NCBI GenBank assembly: GCA_001643675.2
Contig: LSRY02000006.1
Span: 1,798,001-1,862,000, forward strand
Reading direction: 5' to 3'
DNA: 64,000 nucleotides
From: Monocercomonoides exilis PA203
Lineage: Eukaryota; Protista; Preaxostyla
Made by a program: the position numbers and the translations under genes
Part shown: in pieces, positions 56,149 through 64,000 of the stretch
Position numbering within the stretch: the first letter of the stretch is position 1
Layout: each line of letters opens with the position of its first letter
Notes under the pieces: generated by a model
Database searches by the model: none
What the model was told of the DNA's origin: nothing
What the model saw: the letters and a program-made list of their open reading frames with translations, nothing else

Positions 56149-59100
56149 ATGAGTAGTTACAAATCTGCATCTTCAGTACAAAGTGGAGATACCAAAACTG
56201 CAACAGCTACGTATGTTTTATTGTCTTTCGTACAAAGTTAAACTATCAATATTTTCATTGATTATTGATGTTTCATTGAATATTTGCGTTTTGGAATTTC
56301 CAAATCTGAATTTGCCTTTTTATAATGTGTTAAGTTCGATTGGTGCACCAGGTAAATTTTCTGGATCATCAGTTCCAACTGCGGGTGGAATGTCATCACC
56401 TTTACCTGGAACTTTCCCTCCAAATATGCTTCCTTTTCCCGATTCTCGAGCACTTTTTCCAACCCCCCAATCGTCTTCACACGGGCAACTTCCGTCAACA
56501 GCTTCAAAATCTGGTTCTGGAATGCCAGCTGCAACTTGGCCTCAACAGTCTTCTCAGACGTATCCTCCACGAGGATATCCTCCTCAATACTATCCCCCAC
56601 CTGGATACTCATCCACGCAGCCATTTCCTTCGACCATGTTTCCCGGAGGATATCCACAACCAGGGTATCCTGCCCAGTATCCTCCTGGTTATTATCCTCC
56701 ATATCCACCACCTGCGGAGGGTTCGCTGAATTCTGGACAGCAGCAGAAGTTCTCTTCTTCCAGAATGTCCGAAAAAGGAACACTTGCTCCAAAGGCAGGG
56801 ACTGCGGGCCCAAGTGACAGAACAGCAGCTTCGGCTGGATATCCTCAATACTATCCTTCAATGCCACAAATGAATTATCCACCAGGAGCTCCCATGCAAC
56901 CTTCATTTTATCCACCGCAAGCGGGATATCCAGGTGCTTATTCATATAGTTATCCCACTGCTGATGGAAGAGCTCAACTATCAGGGCAAGAATTCGGAGC
57001 AGAAAAAGTTAGAGAGGAAGGAGAAAGTCGCGAAGAGAAAGGAAGAGGGCGGGGCAGAGGTGATAGAAGAAATTGGAGAGGAAGGAGAGGAGGCTGGGGA
57101 GGAGGAGTTGGCGGTGGCGGAGGAAGAGATATTGAGCGAGGAGGATTTGGGGATGGATGGGGAGGTGCTGGTGGTGGGGCTGGCTTTGAAGGCAGAGGCG
57201 GGGGAAAAGGAAGAGGAAGAGGAGAAAGTGCGAAAGAAAGTGCAGCAGCAGAAGTGTCCGGGCCAGCCATTCCAGTTCTGCCGAATGTGAACCAACAGAC
57301 TGCGCTGCAGGATCCGCTTGTGATGGCGCTGCGGGCGAACCCAGCGCAGCCGCCGATGCTGGAGCAGATGCTGGGGCATGTGGTGGCAGCATCGACAGAC
57401 GAGGTGGTGTCGAAGGTGCTGCTCGAGGCGATGGACAAGGCGACTCCACGTGACATCGCAGCGGTGTTTGCAGAGGTGGCGAGCTCACCGGCACTGGTGC
57501 TGACGCTTGTGCAGGATCCCAATGCGAACTATGTGATGACGAAGTTCTTTGAGAAGGGGAGCCTGTTTGAGATGAAGACGATTGCGCGGTGCTTGTTCGG
57601 CTCGCTGCTCCATCTGGCAAGGCACTCCACGGGCTGCCGGGTGGTGCAGTCTGCGCTTGACGGGCTTGATAAGTTTGCTGTGTCTCCGATTGACTTGAAG
57701 AAGAAGAGAGAAGAAGAAAGAGAGAAAAAGAGGAGAGAGAAACTGGAGGCTAAAAGAGAGAAGAAGAGAAAAGAAAGCTTGAAGAGAAAAAGGAAGAAGA
57801 AGAAGAAGAAGAGAAAGAGATCTTCAAACAAAAGCGAAGATGAGGAAACCGAATCTGAGAACGATGAAGACGACAATGACGAAGACGATGATGATGCGGT
57901 GGGTGTTGATGATGAAGACGACAGCTTCTTTGACGAAGAGGCAATCGATGGATATGCCTCGCCAGCAGAGGTGCCGTGGTTCAAGCAGCAGAAGGACAGC
58001 GTGGATGCAGAGTATGCGCAGCTGACGGGGCAGGACGTGTCTCGGCTGCTGGCGCTGGAGATCTTCCCGCAGACGCTCGCGTGCATCTTCGACCAGAACG
58101 CGAACCATGTCATCCAGCGGTGCATCTGCTGCCCCGGCGTCACCTCAGAGGACCTGTCGATCGTGGTGGGCATCCTCAACGCCAACCACCCTGAGCAGCT
58201 GGCCATGCACGTCTTCGGCTGCCGCATCTACCAGCGCCTCGCAGAGCACCTGGCTGAGGCAGAGCGGGTGAAGCTGGTGGAGCCGCTGGTGCCGTTCATG
58301 ACGCGCCTGATGAAGAACCAGTTTGGGAATTATGTTGTGGCGCATCTGATGCTCTTTTCTGAAGACGACACAAAGGCGCTGGTGGTGGTGGGGCTGAAAG
58401 GGTCGTTCTACGACCTCGCCATTCAAAAATATTCGTCGAATGTGATTGAGAAGTGTGTCGAGTATTCGCCGCCCCGCCTGCGTGCGCTGATTGCAGAGGA
58501 GCTGCTGGCACATGCTGTCCCTGGGGATGATGGGAGGGCAGAGTCTACAAACTACGCTGCTCTGCACCCGATGATTGCGCTTCTGTACGACGCGTACGGG
58601 AACTACGTGGCGCAGAAGGTGTTTGACTGCTCGCCGCGGGAGGTGAAGGAGCGCATGCGGCGCGAGCTCGAAGGGCTTGTGGCGCGGATGATCGGTCCGC
58701 GGCGGGCGGTGCCGCTGCCGAGGCACATTGTGATGCGAGTGACGAGGATGATGGAATCGCTCCGTCAGCCGATGACTATCGTGCCTGCTGCTGCTCAGCC
58801 GGTGTCGAGGTACTTGCTGTCGGCGGCGGTGGAGGAGCAGAGGAAGAGAGAAGAAGAAGAAGAAAGGGAGAGAGAGAGGAAGAGGAAGGAGTATGAGGAA
58901 GAGGAGGACGAGGAAGATAGAAGAATAGATGAGGTTATCAGCAAGCATGGGAAAGGAGTGAGGTATCACTACTCGTCCTCTTCTGACTACTATCTGAAGC
59001 ATCCACAAAGAGACGATGGGCACACTTTTTCATCATCGTTCTATTCATCGGCTGCTTCTTACTCGTCTACGTCTTCTTCTTCAACATCTTCTGCTCAGAA

Positions 59101-59689
59101 AGATGGGAAAAGAAGTGACATGAAAGCTGACTCAGCCAGAGAAGGTGATGAAGAAGAGAGCGACGACGAAAGGGAAGGAAGCGCTGCAAAGAATGCCCAC
59201 AACGCCAAAAGCGACGGCAGCTTCGTCTCATTCTACACTTCAAGTTCGAGAATGAGCCAGCCGACCTTCCAAGCAACATATTCGTCATCACAACGAAAGA
59301 GTGAAGAAGCAGATGAGGAAACCGAGCAGCCAAAGAAGAAGGAGAAGAAGGAGAAGGAGAAGGAGAAGGAGAAGGAGAAGGAGAAGGAGAAGGAGAAGGA
59401 GAAGGAGAAGGAAAGAGAGAAAGAGAAAGGAAAAGACCATGTGAAGACGAAGGGAGTTTCAAAGAAAGTGAAGAAAAGCCACAAATCCGAGCGAGAAAAG
59501 AGAGCCAAAGGCAAAAAAGAGTCTGGCAGACGGAAGACGAAAGAGAAGCAAAGTGACAAAGAAAAGGGCGCAGAGTCTCAATTTTCGCTGTCTGACCTTG
59601 CGTCGCCTCCATCCACTCCAGATCTTTCTCCGCCTTCGTCGGTCTCTCTCGACGACTTGATGTCACCTCCATCTACACCTGAATTATAA
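56149..59689 (+). CDS. Pumilio/PUF RNA-binding protein (8 repeats) with Pro/Tyr-rich and RGG N-terminus and KE-rich tail
   Basis: Repeats DPNANYVMT, HSTGCRVVQ, DQNANHVIQ, HVFGCRIYQ, NQFGNYVVA, QKYSSNVIE, DAYGNYVAQ plus degenerate R1; short first exon from ATG 56149 and intron ~56211-56334. Confidence 0.9.
59348..59410 (+). repeat. (AAGGAG)n coding microsatellite encoding (KE)n
   Basis: About ten consecutive hexamers within the PUF ORF. Confidence 0.9.
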
Positions 59690-60270
59690 AAAGCCATCTT
59701 TTGTAGTAATATTTGTAAAAGATTAATCTGTTTTGTTAAGTTAAATGTTATTCATTTATTTATTTAATACACTTTTCTGATTATTTCTTATTTTGAAAGA
59801 ATTGTTTTATTTTTGATAATTATTACTGAAGTAATATATTGCATCTTTGTTCAATTGAATTGCGTTTTTTAATATTTTTTTTTATTATTTTTTGAAACGA
59901 TTTTTTTTTCGCACTCACAACATAAAGAAATGTGCAACATCCATTCTAGTATTTTTTTCAACCTTAATTTTTGAAATTGAATGATTGTTGAATGATTTAA
60001 AGCGAAACTTGAAAGGATTGAAACTTTTTCAAGCAAGGTTTTTATATCCATCAATTTATGTTCTATTTATGTTCTTCTATTTTTTTTATTTTCATTTTAT
60101 TTTTTTTGAAAATTGACTTTATTTTAAAATCAATTTCTTTAATGGTGAAAATCGAAAAACGCCACAGAAGAAAACGTAACCTAACAGTCCATGTAACGCA
60201 AAATGTCTTTTTATTGCATAAAAAGAACATATCGTATATTTTGATTCTATTTTGGGTTGCAGGAATAAAA

Positions 60271-63072
60271 ATGGTAAACATTCTCAATGCAATCCAAAGA
60301 CGCTCCTCCGCATCCTTCACAACATGTATGCTCTAATATTTATTAAAAAAATTAATTTGTTTATTTTAAATTGCTTTGAAATGGATTTCTCTTTTTTAGG
60401 AATGCACAGTTTTTAGAGGATTTGTATCTTTGGATACTTTTGAAGAAAAAATAGATGAATTTCCTGGGAAAGGCATTTCTGCTCCAGAATTTCATCCAGA
60501 AAGCATACAATTGAAAAGGCCACGTTTGTCTCATTTTGACGCTTTTTTATGATTAATTATTTATTGTTTTTTACAGCAAGAAGAAAAAGCATGTGTGTTG
60601 TGAAAGGAAAGCAAAGCAGCATCGTCAATAGAACTGTTTTTTTTCCAACAATATCCGGAGCTGCCTTGGACTTTGTTATAAAATACTGTTTTTTTTATCA
60701 AGCACATCACAGAAATCCACACATGTCAGAAGTCTATTTTGATGTGTCTCGATCTGTAGAGCTCCTGATGGCAGCAAATTATCTTGAAATAGAACCGCTT
60801 GTTGAATTTTTAATCGGGGTCATTGCATATCACTGTCCAGAAGATTATGTTTTGAGTGACATCCCTTGCCATCTTCTCAATGAGATTCTTTTTCATGCAC
60901 CGATCGAATCTCTTTTGCACTCAACTTTTATGACAGCTAATTTGTGGAAGCAGTTCTGCCTTCGAAGGTGGAGTGATCTTGATCCTTCGAAAGAGCAACC
61001 AGCCAGGCCTTCGTACTCGAGTCATATGCAACACAGCACACCTTCTTCGCCACACTTCTCTTCGCTATCTGCAACGGGCTCTGCTCAAATCACGCCAGCT
61101 GCTTTTCCTCTCTCCCCTCTTCTCACCCACTCGTTCATGTCTCCCCAGCAAATATCTGCGCTCCCTCAGCTGCTTTCTCCTCCGCGGTCAATGAAATCTC
61201 CGCTTTCTGGTTCTCCTTCTTCTCTGGCCACGTTCTCTGCGAATCGCCTTGCTTCTGCTCCGATTTCAGGTTCTTTGAATGTTTTTTCTTCTTCTCCTTC
61301 GTTGTCGACTTTATCTTCGTCATCTTCGTTATCTTCTTCCACTTCTCCTTCTTCTTCCTCAGCTTCGCCTTCTTCCTCCTCTTCTTCCTCTTCTTCTTCC
61401 TCTTCATCCACTTCCATTCATTCACCAACAAAAGAGCATGAGCATAAAAGAGTTATTTTCTGGAGAACGCTTTTTCTTCAGCGTGTTCTTCAAGACAAAA
61501 TGGCACAAGTTGGAAAGTCGACCGAAATGGAGCAGCTGTCAGAGTTGTTTGGTGTGCTTGACTTTGCTTAAGATTTATCAAAAAATCAACATTTTTGTTA
61601 TTGTTTTTATTTTTTATTTTTATTATTGCCACAAAAAAAAAACATTTAATGATTTTTTTTTTCATTTATTTTGTTAGCTCTGTTTCATTTTTGTGCTCCG
61701 TGGGTGACTGACCTTATCCTCCGCAATGGCGATTCCTCTGTTGCTTTGTCGCTGATTGTGACTATTTTGAGCGGGGCACTCCCAAATCTTATTCATCTGG
61801 ACATTTCTAGGGTTTGATTATTCTTCTTCTTCTTCTTTTTTTCTTCTTCTTCTTTCTTTCTTTCTAACTTTCATTGATTTTTTATCCCTTTCTCTCTCTC
61901 TATTTATTTCTCTGCGTGCTTATTTTCTGTGAATAATTTTGATGTTATTTTGTGTTAGATTGGCATATCGTCTCGTGGATGTCGCATTCTGATGGAAGCA
62001 ATGCCAAAACATAAGCGGCTCACTCGGTTTGTAATAATCATCATTTGGCATTTTTATTATTGCATCTGTATTTTATTTGTCATTCTTTCTCTGCATCTCT
62101 CTCTCTCTCTCTTTCTTTCTGTCTTTCTCTTTCTAAAATGCTAATAACTCTCTTCTCACTCATTTCCCCAGTCTCAATCTCGGCAACAACCGCATCATGA
62201 AAGAAGGGGCGCTGCACATCGCGTCCTTTCTTGCGTCCAACAGCACCCTCACCATCCTCCAGCTCGGCCACAACGGCCTCGGCGCAGGCGGCATCGCAGC
62301 GATTGCAGATGCGCTGAGTGTGAACAGGAGCCTCGTGAAGCTGGCAGTCGGGTACAATCAGATCAGGGCAGAAGGCGCACGCGCAGTGGCTGAGATGCTC
62401 AAGGCGAATGTGTCGCTCGTCTCGCTGGACGTCGCCAACAACTACATCGAAGACGCCGGTGCAGCAGCCATTGCAGATGCGCTGCGGGTGAACGAGACGC
62501 TGTGCCTGCTGCGCCTGTGGGACCAGACGATCACCACAGCCGGCGGAGAGGCGCTGGTGCAGGCGCTGGGCGAGAACAGCACGATGATCGAAGTGTCGCT
62601 CGGCCAGTCGTCGACCACGGCTGCGCAGAGGCAGCGCCTGCACCAGATCCTGCAGCGCAACGAGGCGCAGGAGAAGGCGATGAATGCGCAGCAGCTGAGC
62701 CCTGAAGAGCAGGAGATGGAGCAGAGAAGAGAGAAGGAGAGGGACATGCTCTATGGAGCTGACTCGATCTTCAGCGACGAGTGGTGTCTGATTGACGAGC
62801 ACTGGCTGTCGTCCTGGAGAGAGTTCGTTGCGAGAGGCTCAAGACGACCGCCGCCTGGCCCTATCACAAACACAAGGCTGATTGACCCCGTAACAAATGA
62901 GCCAAGAAAGGGGATGCACAAACTGTATGATTATCGTGGCGTCACTCCGCAGGTCTGGAGGCTGTTTCTTTCTATTTATGGTGGAGGACCCACACTGCTA
63001 AGAAGGAAAATAGATCTGTATGATACCCCCATCGATCAGCCAGCCAGAAACACTCAGGATCCTCAAACTTAG
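60271..63072 (+). CDS. Skp1/ElonginC-type BTB + F-box-like + RNI-type LRR + DUSP fusion protein, multi-exon
   Basis: FPTISGAALDFVIKYC...ELLMAANYLEIEPL; LSDIPCHLLNEIL...LWKQFCLRRW; 28-aa LRRs (L.L..N.I...GA.AIA.AL..N..L); WCLIDEHWLSSWREFV...PPGPITN..LID...DYRGV...VW..F...YGGGP. Confidence 0.75.
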
Positions 63073-63323
63073 CAAATTTTTCTTATATCAAGTGAAAATA
63101 TCACAATCAAATGAGGTTTTATTCTTTCAATCATCTCAGTTTATATTCTTTTAAACAGAATATTTTGATCAAAAAGCGTACGAATGCTTTATCTGTTTTA
63201 TTCACATTTTTCAAAAACCAAAACCAATAGCATTTTTAATAAATGATGGGTTACTTTTGAAATAATTTTATTATAGAATTCAGATCTACTTTTTAATTGT
63301 TATTCGCTTTATTCATCTAAAAA

Positions 63324-64000
63324 ATGTCTTTATCAGAAGTTGAAACGCGATTTTGTAATACTGCAAACCAATGTGTTTTTAGTTTCGAAACAGAAAAAGA
63401 AAAAGATTCGTCAGACGAATGCGATGATCGTTTGCCCGATGAAAAGAGCCTTACCACCTCTGCACTTCTGTCATGCAAGGAAATACCATCTCTTAGATTT
63501 TGCCACTACGAAGGTCCAAAGATGCAACCTATGCAGAAATGCTTCTACTGCCCTGGTACAGAAGAATTCTTCGAACACCTTCAAAACCGCGAAGACTCTT
63601 CCAGTTTTCGCGGACGCGAAGATTCACGAGCTGTCCAGTTTCCAATTGAGCAACAAAGTTTCTGTTACGATGGAATCGATAAGTCTGAAGCCACGGGATG
63701 CCGTTGGCAAGGACTTAGTATCAAAATGTAAAGATGGATATAAAGCCCTTGCTGCGCCTATCCTAGATATTGAGGATTCGGCTAGAGATAGCAGAGATGA
63801 AGGGGAAATTATTCTTGGGGATTTCACAATTATCTCGAACCCGTTTGAAAAAAATTTTTATTTGAAAATTAATTTGAATCATCACTTTTTATTGCTGTTT
63901 TCATTCAGAGACTATGCAATCGTTTTGAAGCCAAATGATCTTATATCGTTTTCTTCTTGCTTGAACACGCCAAACACTTCGCAATACCTGGTGACTCTAT
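63324..64000 (+). CDS. 5' part of a hypothetical gene or gene fragment
   Basis: 135-aa ORF starting at ATG after an A-run; no recognisable domain; continuation unclear. Confidence 0.35.

Overview
Eukaryotic, intron-rich genomic window with AT-rich intergenic/intronic DNA, GC-richer exons and the standard genetic code. Gene content suggests an anaerobic flagellated metamonad, most likely an oxymonad such as Monocercomonoides (inference): bacterial-type AdhE, a MORN radial-spoke protein and a giant receptor-like pseudokinase. The first ~25 kb is a transposon graveyard around adhE, a DnaJ gene and tRNA-Lys(CTT). It holds two decayed PIF/Harbinger-type (DDE_Tnp_4) transposases and a Tc1/pogo-type MITE. 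It also holds a 3.2 kb TIR element with an 8- or 10-bp TSD carrying decayed gene-like cargo. Most notable are three MITE families with GGG..CCC termini and a 4-bp A-n-n-T target duplication (ATAT, ACAT, AACT, AGGT), some nested; one copy splits a transposase and its removal restores the reading frame. The remaining ~39 kb is gene-dense: an RRM protein, a TSET/TPLATE TTRAY2 (TWD40-2)-like scaffold, a 2.6k-aa receptor pseudokinase, an ML/NPC2-like protein, an RSPH1-like protein, a SWIRM protein, a PUF protein with altered recognition residues, and an unusual Skp1/BTB + F-box-like + LRR + DUSP fusion. All calls are by eye; exon boundaries are approximate.
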